Shown one piece after another: positions 29,618 through 38,796 of a stretch of DNA of 64,000 nt (positions are counted from its first letter, which is position 1; the number at the start of each line of letters is the position of its first letter). This DNA is from Pelagomonas calceolata (lineage: Eukaryota), in the NCBI GenBank assembly GCA_918797485.1, contig CAKKNE010000002.1, positions 4,216,001-4,280,000 on the forward strand, in the 5' to 3' direction. The notes beneath the pieces are model-generated. The model worked only from the letters and a program-made list of their open reading frames with translations, was not told where the DNA came from and did no database searches. The translations under genes and the position numbers were made by a program.

Positions 29618-32600
29618 ATGGCCTCCCAGACGCCTTTGACGCGCAGCGCCACAAGCATGGATCGATTAGAAGGCCAGGCCCTCACGCGCAGCCCGCCGGG
29701 CTCGGGGGGTCCCTCGGCGAACGACCACGGCGGCCCAGATGATGAGGTGGTCATGGCGCGGCTCGAGCGCATGTCGTCGGCGCAGGGCCGGCGGCAGCTC
29801 TCGCTCGCGGGGCGCCAGGCCATGCAGTCCGTGCGCGACGGGCTGGAGGAGATGCGAAGGCGGCCGTCGATGCGCGAGCGCGCGGAGATCGCCGCCGCGG
29901 CCCTGGACGGCAAGCCCCTGCAGCGCGCCGCGACGCAACCGACGCCGCCGGCGCCTCCATTAAAACGGACGCTGACGGCGCCTCGATCGAGAAGCGTCCG
30001 GCTACGGCCGCAGGAGGCCGCGCAGGAATTATCAAGGACGCTGTCGATCTCCGACGAAGCTACAAAGGAGCCGCCGGAGACGCTGCTCTTCTCCTGGGGC
30101 CGCGGGGCGCTCTTGCACGACGGCGACGCGACCGCCTCGACGCCGGTGGCCAAGTTCGCTTCTCGAAACATTAGAATAGTCAACGTGGACACGAGCGGCT
30201 ACCACGCGCTGTGCGCGGATTCCGAGGGCCGCGTCTTCGCGGCCGGCGCCAACGAGTCCAAGCAGGGCGACGCCTCGCGCCCCGAGGATCATCTGCAGAG
30301 GGCGGTGCGCGTCGAGTGCGTCCCCGTCGGCGCGCGCGTCGTGGCCGTGGCCTGCGGCGCGCGGCACAGCGCCTGCGTCACGTCGCAGGGCCGCGTGCTG
30401 TGCTGGGGTTCTAATGATAGGGGCCAGTGCGGCGATTCCAGAAAATCCGCGCAGCCGCGGGCCGTCCAGGGCGCGCTCGCGCGCTGCGTCGCCGCGACCA
30501 TAAGCTGTGGCGACGAGTTCACGGCCTGCGTGACGTCACGGTTCGAGATTTACGCGTGGGGCGCGCGCGAGGCCTGCGGCGCGCCCGAGGTTCAGGGAGA
30601 CGACCGGGGCGCCGTCGAGGTGCGAAGAGTGGACGCTTTGGTAGGCGTCCCCGTCATCGGCCTCGCGGCGGGCGCGGGCCACTGCGTCGCGCACACGCAG
30701 ACGGGCGAGGCCTGGGCCTGGGGCCGCGACGAGCACGGCCAGTGCGGTTTGGGGGATGCGACGCTCGGGCGGTCCACACAAGTCGAGGCGCCGAGGCGGC
30801 TGGAGGTCTCCTCGCCCATCGACCGCGCCGCGTGCGGGCGCGCCCACACTTTATTAGTGACGAAAAGTGGTGAGGTATTAGGCTGTGGCCGGAACCACGG
30901 CGGCCAGCTGGGCCTCGCAGAGCTTGAGGACGTCTTCGCTCCAACAAAATGCTTCCCCTCACTTAACGGAAGGGCCGTGGTCGCCGTCGCGGGCGGCGAC
31001 GCGCACTCGCTCTGCGTTTTAGATGATGGGTCTTTACGAGCTTTCGGGCGGCCCGCCGGCTGCGGCTCAACTGATGGAGACGATGTAGTGGACGCCGTCG
31101 CGGTGCCGCTGCCGCACGAGTGCTTCCACGTCGTGGCAAGTGGCGACGCGTCGCTCGCGCTTTGCCGCGCCGGTGCGCTCGCGCGCCGCGCCAGCGCGAC
31201 GGGGCCCTTCTGGCGCGACGGCTACACCGACTACGCGGCGCAAGGTCAAAAGCTCGCGAAGCGCGCCGACTCGTTCCTGCAGGCCGCGGCCTCGGCCGCG
31301 CCCATCCGCTCCAGCGAAGCCGCTGCCGTCGGAGCCAAGGCATCAAATGGGGACGCCGGGTGCTTGGATAGGGTTTGTGATGTGCTCGCCTGGCCGTCGC
31401 TGCTCGCGGCGTCGTTCGTCCGTGCGGAACCGGCGGCGCCCCACGACGACAGCCGCTTCGACGAAGACGCCTTCGAGAGCTGTTTCGCGCCTCTGGACGC
31501 CTTCTTCGCATCTGACGACGCCGCGCGGCGCCGGGCAGCTTTAAGCATCCTGTCGGGGGCCACGCGCCTCGGTGCAGCTAGGCACGAGGCCAACTCGGCC
31601 GACGCGGCGCGATGTGCTTTAGCGCTGATGTGCAGCGCGGCGTCGGTGTTAGAATGTGACCATGGGCGTGCCTCGGGGCCTGCATGCGAAGAACCGTCGG
31701 ACGCGGACGCAGCGAAGGGCGCCACGTCACTACTTGCCTGGGACGCGGCGCGGGCCGCGATCGAGGTCGTCTTGAGCGCGCACGAGGCGACGCGGGCGCG
31801 CGCCGTCGTCGCTTGTTTACCTACAGACGACGAGGACCGAGCTGTTTTACGAGAACGGCTCCGTAAGCCCTTGCGGTTCCTTGTGGCCCAGGCGTGCCGC
31901 CGCGCCGGCTTGGAGGGTGTTTTACCATGTGGTGGAAACTTTCCCCCTTTGGGGCAGCTGGCTGCACTGAACCTCGCGGGTGATTTGGCCATGGCCCGGG
32001 ACGTCGTCCTCGACCGGCCCGCGCAATTAGCTCAAGAGGCACTAACATTACAAAGAGTCAAGGCGCTACCTCCTTCACAGACGGCGTTCTCGGCCGCGCG
32101 ACGGGCGTTGTTTGGCCTCGAACTACTCAGGAGGGCCGGTCACGCCGCGGGCGTGCCGCGCAAGGAAACGCTGCAGAGCTATAGAGTAGAGCAGGTCGAC
32201 TCTTTAGGCGTCGTCATCGCGATGCCCTCCGAAGACGACTCGCCCTACCAGCCCGGGCCCGGCGGCCTACTCATCGATTTTCTGAAATGGCAGGAGGCCG
32301 GTGCGCCTTCTGTAAATACTGATGGGTGCTGGTACCTGTCCGGCCACACATGGCTCTGTTCGCCTTCCGCGAAACGTGAACTGCTAGCCTTCGACGCGCG
32401 TCGACGGCAGCAACAATCATTTGTCCAGGCGGCCATGCTCGCGCGCTTCACGCCAAACCAGACTCCTTTTCTCGTGCTGAAGGTGCCCCGCGCTTCACTA
32501 TTAGAGGACTCGCTGGCCTTTTTACGATCTGTACCTGATGGCGACCTGACGAAGGAGTTGAAGATTGAGTTCGTCGGAGAACAGGGCGTCGACGCCGGCG

Positions 32601-33814
32601 GTCTGAAAAAAGAATTCTTCCAGCTACTCGTGCCCCAATTATTCGATCCCGTCGTTGGCATGTTTTCCAAGACGGCGCACGAGGAAGTGTTCTTCAATGC
32701 GGCATGTGATTGGTATCTAGATGAATACGAGCTCGCGGGCTTACTCGTGGGTCTGGCGGTGTACAACTCCGTCGTGCTCGAGGTGCGGCTACCCGTCGTA
32801 GCGTACAAGAAGTTGCTTGTCCACAACGGTGACTCCTTCGAGCCTAGTCTAGCGGACCTGGCGGAGCTCGACGGTGACCTCGCGAAGGGTTTAAGGCAGC
32901 TCCTCGCGTTCGACGGCGACGTCGAGAATACTTTTTGTAGGACCTTCGAGGACGACGACCCGGCGGGCCTGCCGGGCGCTACCATTGAATTGATGCCGAA
33001 CGGCGCTTCCACAAACGTGACGAGTGAGAACCGGGAGGACTACGTTCATGCGTTATGTGACTACCGGCTGAAGGAGGCGGTGCGCGTCCAATTCGATCGC
33101 TTCGCGAAGGGCTTCTGGCGCGTGCTGGGCCAGTCGTCCATTGAAAGGGTCGTGGAGGCGGAGGAGCTGCGGGTCATGGTGCAGGGCGACGAGGCGCCCT
33201 TGGATTGGGCGGCTTTACAAGATGTCTGTGCCTATGAAGGGTTCGGCGAGGCTGTCGGTGGTGCTGACGATGCGGCGACGCCGCCTGTAAATGACGACAT
33301 GTCCGCCGACGTCGAGGACTCGTCGGACTCGGACGCGAGCGACTCGAGCGGCGAGCCGCTGTTTGGAGCTGTGACGGAGCCGCGCGTCGCCGACGGCGAC
33401 GGCGCCGACGGCGCCGCGTCGACGCCGGCGGAAGGCAACGGCTCCGGCGCCGCGGCGACGCCGGACGGCGGAACCGCCGCGGACGCCGCCCGACAAAAAC
33501 GGAACCCGCGCGACGTCCCCGTCGTGAAAGCTCTGTGGGCGGCCGTCGCGGCCTTCGACGACGCTTTGCAGCGGGACTTCCTCATGTTCGTGACAGGGTC
33601 CAAGACCGCGCCCATGGGCGGTCTGGGGGCCCTGCGGCCGCCGGCGCACGCGTCCTTCAAGGTCCAGCGCGCGGGCCCCGATTCGGACGCTTTGCCTACC
33701 TCTCATACGTGCTTCAACACCCTGTTGCTGCCGGAGTACGACCCTCCACAGAAAGTGGCGAAGCTCCTGGAGTATGCTGTGAGAGAGGGCCACGAGGGGT
33801 TTGCCCTCGAATAA
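29618..33814 (+). CDS. HERC-type E3 ligase (RCC1 repeats + HECT)
   Basis: RCC1 blades (VACGARHS..VLCWGSNDRGQCG, AACGRAHT..GRNHGGQLG); HECT EFVGEQGVDAGGLKKEFF, FLMFVTGS, LPTSHTCFNTLLLPEY, terminal EGFALE. Confidence 0.93.
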   Translation: MASQTPLTRSATSMDRLEGQALTRSPPGSGGPSANDHGGPDDEVVMARLERMSSAQGRRQLSLAGRQAMQSVRDGLEEMRRRPSMRERAEIAAAALDGKPLQRAATQPTPPAPPLKRTLTAPRSRSVRLRPQEAAQELSRTLSISDEATKEPPETLLFSWGRGALLHDGDATASTPVAKFASRNIRIVNVDTSGYHALCADSEGRVFAAGANESKQGDASRPEDHLQRAVRVECVPVGARVVAVACGARHSACVTSQGRVLCWGSNDRGQCGDSRKSAQPRAVQGALARCVAATISCGDEFTACVTSRFEIYAWGAREACGAPEVQGDDRGAVEVRRVDALVGVPVIGLAAGAGHCVAHTQTGEAWAWGRDEHGQCGLGDATLGRSTQVEAPRRLEVSSPIDRAACGRAHTLLVTKSGEVLGCGRNHGGQLGLAELEDVFAPTKCFPSLNGRAVVAVAGGDAHSLCVLDDGSLRAFGRPAGCGSTDGDDVVDAVAVPLPHECFHVVASGDASLALCRAGALARRASATGPFWRDGYTDYAAQGQKLAKRADSFLQAAASAAPIRSSEAAAVGAKASNGDAGCLDRVCDVLAWPSLLAASFVRAEPAAPHDDSRFDEDAFESCFAPLDAFFASDDAARRRAALSILSGATRLGAARHEANSADAARCALALMCSAASVLECDHGRASGPACEEPSDADAAKGATSLLAWDAARAAIEVVLSAHEATRARAVVACLPTDDEDRAVLRERLRKPLRFLVAQACRRAGLEGVLPCGGNFPPLGQLAALNLAGDLAMARDVVLDRPAQLAQEALTLQRVKALPPSQTAFSAARRALFGLELLRRAGHAAGVPRKETLQSYRVEQVDSLGVVIAMPSEDDSPYQPGPGGLLIDFLKWQEAGAPSVNTDGCWYLSGHTWLCSPSAKRELLAFDARRRQQQSFVQAAMLARFTPNQTPFLVLKVPRASLLEDSLAFLRSVPDGDLTKELKIEFVGEQGVDAGGLKKEFFQLLVPQLFDPVVGMFSKTAHEEVFFNAACDWYLDEYELAGLLVGLAVYNSVVLEVRLPVVAYKKLLVHNGDSFEPSLADLAELDGDLAKGLRQLLAFDGDVENTFCRTFEDDDPAGLPGATIELMPNGASTNVTSENREDYVHALCDYRLKEAVRVQFDRFAKGFWRVLGQSSIERVVEAEELRVMVQGDEAPLDWAALQDVCAYEGFGEAVGGADDAATPPVNDDMSADVEDSSDSDASDSSGEPLFGAVTEPRVADGDGADGAASTPAEGNGSGAAATPDGGTAADAARQKRNPRDVPVVKALWAAVAAFDDALQRDFLMFVTGSKTAPMGGLGALRPPAHASFKVQRAGPDSDALPTSHTCFNTLLLPEYDPPQKVAKLLEYAVREGHEGFALE

Positions 33815-33822
33815 TGTGATAT

Positions 33823-34821
33823 CTATATTATTTCTAACTTTCTGTTCGGATACCCAAACTCTCCTTTGTGCGCGTCGAAGAGCTGCGTGAGCTTCTCGAC
33901 GAAGACCGCGTGGGCCGCATCGACCTCGTCGCGCGTCGGCTCCTTGCTATGCGGCGGCGTCCACGCGTCGCCGAAGACGATGTCCTGCGGGACTTGGAGC
34001 GGGAAGCCCTTGGGCGTCGGATAACAAAAAAAGCCCCAATCTCCAGAGTAGAGAGGTAGGGCAATTCTCAAATTGCGCACGAGCCACCGCCTCGCTCCAT
34101 AGAAGGCGCCGTAGGTCCTATAGAGGTCCGAGGAACCAAAACAATACGCCGGCACGAGTGGTACGTTATGGATCATCGCCAAGCGAACAAAACCTTTGCG
34201 CGACTTCAAATAGACGCGTTCCCTCCCGCAAATCGTCTCGAGCTGCTCGTCTTGGCCGCCCGGACATAGGAATAGAGATAGGCCTTGCCTGAGGCAGCGG
34301 TTCGCCGTTTTCCGCCCAGCGTCCACACAACCGGTCTTCAACGTGACCGTCCTCACCCCCGGGATCTTAAACAAGATGGACGCGGCCAGCGTGCGCGGCG
34401 CGCCCCTTTTATGCACTTTCGGAAACGCATCATACATCGGCCCGGCCATGAGCACGCGAAAATCGCTGTTCACGCCGTGCGGGAAGAAGGCGAAGATGGC
34501 CTGGTCGTCCTTGAGCTGACTTTGGACGGCGTCCGTGCGGTGCAGCTTGAGCGGGAAATACTCTCGCAACCGAGCGAAGACCCAGTGGCCCTTGGAAAAA
34601 GTCTCGTCGGGCCGGCCCGTTTTGAGTTCGCAGTTGTCTATGGTCACGTAGGCGAGCCACGCTATCATTGATGCTGCTATGGCGGTGTACATGTACCTCG
34701 GCTCGACGTTGGCCGCTGCGTACAATGCTAGCAGAGGCGGGGCGGCGATCGTGAATACATAATTGAGGGTCACGAGGAGGACTGTGATGGCTGGGGAGTA
34801 TCCCTTTGCATCTTGCGGCAT
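33823..34821 (-). CDS. DGAT2/MGAT family acyltransferase
   Basis: EYFP, FFPHGV (variant of HPHG), PGGQDE, RKGFVRLAM, LVPAYCFG, LFDAHK; two N-terminal TM segments. Confidence 0.9.
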   Translation of the reverse strand: MPQDAKGYSPAITVLLVTLNYVFTIAAPPLLALYAAANVEPRYMYTAIAASMIAWLAYVTIDNCELKTGRPDETFSKGHWVFARLREYFPLKLHRTDAVQSQLKDDQAIFAFFPHGVNSDFRVLMAGPMYDAFPKVHKRGAPRTLAASILFKIPGVRTVTLKTGCVDAGRKTANRCLRQGLSLFLCPGGQDEQLETICGRERVYLKSRKGFVRLAMIHNVPLVPAYCFGSSDLYRTYGAFYGARRWLVRNLRIALPLYSGDWGFFCYPTPKGFPLQVPQDIVFGDAWTPPHSKEPTRDEVDAAHAVFVEKLTQLFDAHKGEFGYPNRKLEII

Positions 34822-35038
34822 TTTAAAATGCTGCCTTTGGGTGCTGCTTTGGGGTGCTGATGCTGCGACGGCGTCGCGAGCGGCAGCTGCAAGGGCACAG
34901 CTGCTGTGCACTGCGCTGCACTGGCAGCACCGATGCCAAACGTTTGCGATCCGTGACAGCGACGCTGTGAGTGCTAAAATTAGCTGGCGAGCGTGCTCAC
35001 AAGCTCTGTTGGTGACAGCCAAAAAAGACAAGCGATTC

Positions 35039-35058
35039 CTAGTGTGTCGGTACGCTAG
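35039..35058. promoter_or_regulatory. CTAG-N12-CTAG motif copy
   Basis: CTAGTGTGTCGGTACGCTAG about 220 bp upstream of ATG 34821 (-). Confidence 0.5.
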
Positions 35059-35180
35059 CTCAGCGTTGCAGCTCAAGGGCGCAGGGCTCTGATAGACGCG
35101 CAAGATAACGAGAGCGAACGCAGATAGCACCGTTTATCGATAAACGACCGTCCGGAAGCGCCTCGGCCTCTACGCCACCG

Positions 35181-37526
35181 ATGCGGCAGCACAAGGTCAG
35201 GAGCAGAGCTGCACTGCACCTGCTCCTTTTGCGAGCAGCAGGGGCCCTGCAAGCCGTAGCGCCGCGCAAAGCCGCGCCAGTCCTCGCGCCGCCGACGGCG
35301 GACTTGGTTCTGATTGATGGGGACAATGTGAGAGGCAAGACGGCCTTCGCGGTCTCCGCGCAGAGCCTCCTCGCGCAGACGAGGACCTTCGCGGTGACGC
35401 AAGACGCGGTCCTATACATCGACCACGGCCTCGCCGCCGAGTGCCTCGCCGTGGACGACAAGCTGCGAGTGGTCTTCGCCGGCACGGCCCAAAGCGCCGA
35501 CGACTGCATCGTGAGGGACGTTGCATACTTACTAGAAGAAAACCCCTCTTTAAGTGTCAGCGTCGTTACATCCGACTCGGGTCTCATCGCGCGGTGTAGG
35601 AAAGCAGCGCGCGCTAGGGGGCGCAACGGCCGCCTCGACATTTGTGGGTCGGTGCGCTTTGCGGAAACGGTTTTGGACGAAGCCCTTGGCGCTGACGCCG
35701 TGGACCACGTTTCTGCAAATGAAGACCACGTGGCCGTCGCCAAGGCCCTGCAGGTCTCGACGGAGCGCGCGTCGCTGAAACGAGTGCGCAATAAACGACT
35801 CACTAAAAAACGGCGAAAAGGCACCACAAACGACGTGACCGCGTCCTTGGCTTCGTTAAATGGCTTAAATGATAAGCCGATCAAGACGCCCGACGCCGCC
35901 CTCGAGGAGCTCGTGTCGAATGGTGCGACGCTACCTCAACTCGAGGCCGCCATCAGGCAAGCGGGAGGCGGCCTTCGAGGGCGCGAGAAGACCTGGGAGC
36001 GGTGCGTGCGCGCGGCCTACTTGCACAAGTGTCTTCGAGGTAAGACGGCAGCACCGCATAAGGTGCTCGACGGCCTCGCGGTCTACGTCAACAAGCTCAT
36101 GACTAGCCGGGCATTGGCGCGCGAGGCCGTCCTGAAAACTGCTAAAAGGCCGCCCCGCCTCAAGGTGAAGAAACGTCTAGAACCCCTCAAACAACTGAAA
36201 CAGATTGAGAGCGTCTCCTCAAAGACGTGGCCGGGCGGCTGGCCGGTTGACGTGAGCGTCATCGAGACGCCGAGAGGTGCTTTCTTGCCAGATCTCGTCA
36301 ATTGTTCAGTAGCTCTAGTATCGGACACGCACGGCTTTCGTATTGACGATTTGCCGATGAAGGGCGACGTGTTAATCCACGCGGGCGACTTTTGGCTCGA
36401 TACGCAGAACCGGAATAGGAACGCCAAGGCGTTTGAGGACTTCGACGCGTGGCTCTATCGGCAGGACTTTACGCACAAGATCGTGCTGCGGGGTAATCAT
36501 GATCCTGTCAGGTGTGAATTCAAGGCGTCGAACGCTACTTATATCGCCGCGAAAAGGCAGACTATTGATATAAATGGTCTGAAGGTCTACTGCGTGCCTC
36601 ATGGTTCGGCTGTCTCCTTGACGAAGGACTTCAAGGCTCTGAAGGAGTTACGCGACGCGGACATACTGCTGACCCATGCACCTCCTAGAGGTACGTTGGA
36701 TACTACGTATGAGGGCAACAACGCCGGCTCCAAGGCCTTGCGGGACGCCTACTACAATGCTTGTGACGACGAGGCGCCGACGCTGTGGGTCTGCGGCCAC
36801 ATCCATGAAAGTGCAGGCGCCGCGCGCGTCGGGGCCACGACGATAATTAATGCAGGAATGGCGAACGCGGGCCGCGCCAAAAGATTGGACCGCGGCTTCG
36901 TCGCCGTCGGGGCGGATCTTGCAGAGGCGCCGCGCGCGCCTCCCTCACCACCTCCTGTTGAGGAAGTCGAGGAGGAACTGACCATGGTGGGCCCCGCGCT
37001 GCCTCGTTTGTTAGCCGTTGATCTGGGCGAAAAGACCGTCGGGGTAGCTTTATATGATGAACAAGGTGCGCTGCTCGACTTCGCTGCGGCGACCGATGAA
37101 GAGGACGGCGCCCGGGCCGTCGTCGCCGCGGCGGAGCGGTGCCTTGGCGGGCGCCAAGCGACCGTCGTTGTGTGCGAGGGCACGGGGCGCCTCCTGGCGG
37201 ACGAGGCGTTCGACGCGCTTTCCCAGAGCGGCCTCGTGGCTTGCGAGGCGCCGCACGTCATCAACCCCGACGAGTGGCGCGCGGCCGTGCTGGCGCCGCG
37301 CGAGCGCGTCAACGCCAAAAAGGCAAAACACGCCGCGCGGTTGGTGGCGCGCCAACTCGCGGGCGGCCTCGAACATTGGCGCGAGGACCTGACGACGGAC
37401 GCGGCGGAGGCGTGCGTCTTCGGCGCGTGGGCTTGCACAGAGCTGGGCTGGCGCGATGATGCTATCGTAGAGCGGTTCTCGAACGGGGACTTGCGGGTGG
37501 TGGCAAAGCGGCCGCTTGTGGATTAA
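35181..37526 (+). CDS. Fusion of NYN/YacP-like (PIN) domain, calcineurin-like metallophosphoesterase and RuvC/YqgF-like RNase H-fold domain
   Basis: LIDGDNVRG..SADDCIV..VVTSDSGL; VSDTHG..IHAGDF..RGNHD..THAPP..CGHIHE; LLAVDLGEKTVGVA..VVCEG..PDEWR..TTDAAEA. Hydrophobic presequence at the N-terminus. Confidence 0.75.
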   Translation: MRQHKVRSRAALHLLLLRAAGALQAVAPRKAAPVLAPPTADLVLIDGDNVRGKTAFAVSAQSLLAQTRTFAVTQDAVLYIDHGLAAECLAVDDKLRVVFAGTAQSADDCIVRDVAYLLEENPSLSVSVVTSDSGLIARCRKAARARGRNGRLDICGSVRFAETVLDEALGADAVDHVSANEDHVAVAKALQVSTERASLKRVRNKRLTKKRRKGTTNDVTASLASLNGLNDKPIKTPDAALEELVSNGATLPQLEAAIRQAGGGLRGREKTWERCVRAAYLHKCLRGKTAAPHKVLDGLAVYVNKLMTSRALAREAVLKTAKRPPRLKVKKRLEPLKQLKQIESVSSKTWPGGWPVDVSVIETPRGAFLPDLVNCSVALVSDTHGFRIDDLPMKGDVLIHAGDFWLDTQNRNRNAKAFEDFDAWLYRQDFTHKIVLRGNHDPVRCEFKASNATYIAAKRQTIDINGLKVYCVPHGSAVSLTKDFKALKELRDADILLTHAPPRGTLDTTYEGNNAGSKALRDAYYNACDDEAPTLWVCGHIHESAGAARVGATTIINAGMANAGRAKRLDRGFVAVGADLAEAPRAPPSPPPVEEVEEELTMVGPALPRLLAVDLGEKTVGVALYDEQGALLDFAAATDEEDGARAVVAAAERCLGGRQATVVVCEGTGRLLADEAFDALSQSGLVACEAPHVINPDEWRAAVLAPRERVNAKKAKHAARLVARQLAGGLEHWREDLTTDAAEACVFGAWACTELGWRDDAIVERFSNGDLRVVAKRPLVD

Positions 37527-37556
37527 CAACTTATGTTTCTTACAGACTACAATGAA

Positions 37557-37631
37557 ACGTGCTCTGCCGCTGAGCTACTGAAGGAGATCCTTCAGGCAGG
37601 ATTCGAACCCGCGGCCACGTGCTTATAAGGC
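37557..37631 (-). tRNA. Circularly permuted tRNA-Ile(UAU) gene or pseudogene: 3' part (37631-37588), TCT linker, 5' part (37584-37557)
   Basis: Reassembled 72 nt: CCTTCAG TA GCTC AGCGGCA GAGC A CGTGC CTTATAA GCACG TGGCC GCGGG TTCGAAT CCTGC CTGAAGG A. All four stems pair and the invariant bases are present. Confidence 0.8.
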
Positions 37632-37668
37632 AATTTTTTGGGTGCTGTGCGTAGTCTTGGGGTCGTTG

Positions 37669-38730
37669 TCATGCGCCCTCGAAAATCTCGCGGAACACGC
37701 CGAAGTTGTCCGGGCCGTAGCCCGCGTGGAAGATGGCGAAGGCGACGACGTCGAAGTGCTCCTTCCTCTTGCGCACCTCTTGCTTGTAGGTCTCGGCGAC
37801 GATGGGACTCGGATTTTGGAACGCGCCGCAGCCGAACGCACTGAGCACGACGTGTCGCACGCCCGCCGCCATGCAGGTGTCTAGTTGCGCCGCGATGCGT
37901 TTCCGCAGTTCGGCATTGTCGTAGCTTTTCTGCGACGCGCCGCGCATGTCGACGGCGGCGCTTCTCAACTCAAAAAATGGGAAGACGTCCTCGTCCGCCA
38001 GCAGGCCGTAGCCCAATCCATCACGTTCCTCAGGCCCCTTGATACACACGCGCGGGCTCGCCGTGTCCAGGTAGACGCGCCCGTCCTGACCGCTCACGAG
38101 CCTGTGCATGGCGTCCGAGTACTCCATATCGTCTCGGCTGTATCCCTCGTCGTGGAAGTGGCCTGCGCGCGCGGACCGTGAGTACAAACTCACGACGGGA
38201 CTCGAACCCGCAATCTCCCCCCCTGGTTGGGCGCATTGTCCATTTTAGGCCACGCGAGTAAAGCGACGCCGGTCCGCGCAGTCCGTGCGCCGGAACATGT
38301 TCTCCTCCTGGGCTACCTGGCCGTGGGCGTAGCCACCTCCAAAAAGGTAGGCGTTTGCCATGTTGAGAACTGCGAAGGTACGGCCGTAACTCTTCGTCAG
38401 CGTCAGGGTAACGTCGCCCCAGTCGCCCGGCAGCACCTCGACAACGGTCGACGACGGTTGCTGCGCTCCCGAGGCCCACCGTGCCAGATTCTTTGATGCG
38501 AGGTCGTGAAAGGCTCGCCGCTTGTCTGGCGTGGAGAGCCGCGCCAGTGTGTCTCTCAAAACTTCGATGCGGAGGTAGCCCGCTGGATCCCACTCGCGCC
38601 GGCTCGGAAGGGGTTCGAAGATCTCTTGACCGTGCTCTGCGACGTCGCCATCTTCGAAGAGGGTTTCGCCCTCGTGGCGCTGCTTCCGGCGCCGCCGCTG
38701 CGCCGCGTCGTCCTCGTCTAGGGCTGCCAT
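37669..38730 (-). CDS. TIGR02452/DUF2263 microbial-type PARG-like macrodomain protein; exons 38730-38280 and 38162-37669
   Basis: VLNMANAYLFGGGYAHGQVAQEENMFRRT and HVVLSAFGCGAFQNP. Removing a 117-nt GC..AG intron (38279-38163) gives ..RRTDC-HFH.. in frame and removes an in-frame TAA. Confidence 0.85.
38163..38279 (-). mobile_element. Introner-like GC-AG intron with 10-bp terminal inverted repeats
   Basis: Starts GCGCGGACCG, ends CGGTCCGCGCGCGCAG; repeats at 38270-38279 and 38169-38178. Confidence 0.55.
38187..38259 (-). pseudogene. tRNA-Arg-like pseudogene inside the intron
   Basis: Acceptor ACTCGCG/CGTGAGT, A box TGGCCTAAAATGG, intact T arm GCGGG TTCGAGT CCCGT, AGATT variable loop; anticodon arm collapsed (CCCAACCAGGGGGGG). 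Confidence 0.75.
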
Positions 38731-38796
38731 CTGGGTTTGCGGGCTGGGGCAGCCTTTATCCGGAGAGTAGGCCAACAACGATTTCGGGGATAATCT

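Noticed and set aside
37520..37584. Reading the 5' tRNA half as an intron-containing tRNA-Tyr (C1, downstream TTGTAG)
   Set aside because: GTA is out of register for positions 34-36 and no T arm follows downstream; the matching 3' part lies upstream.
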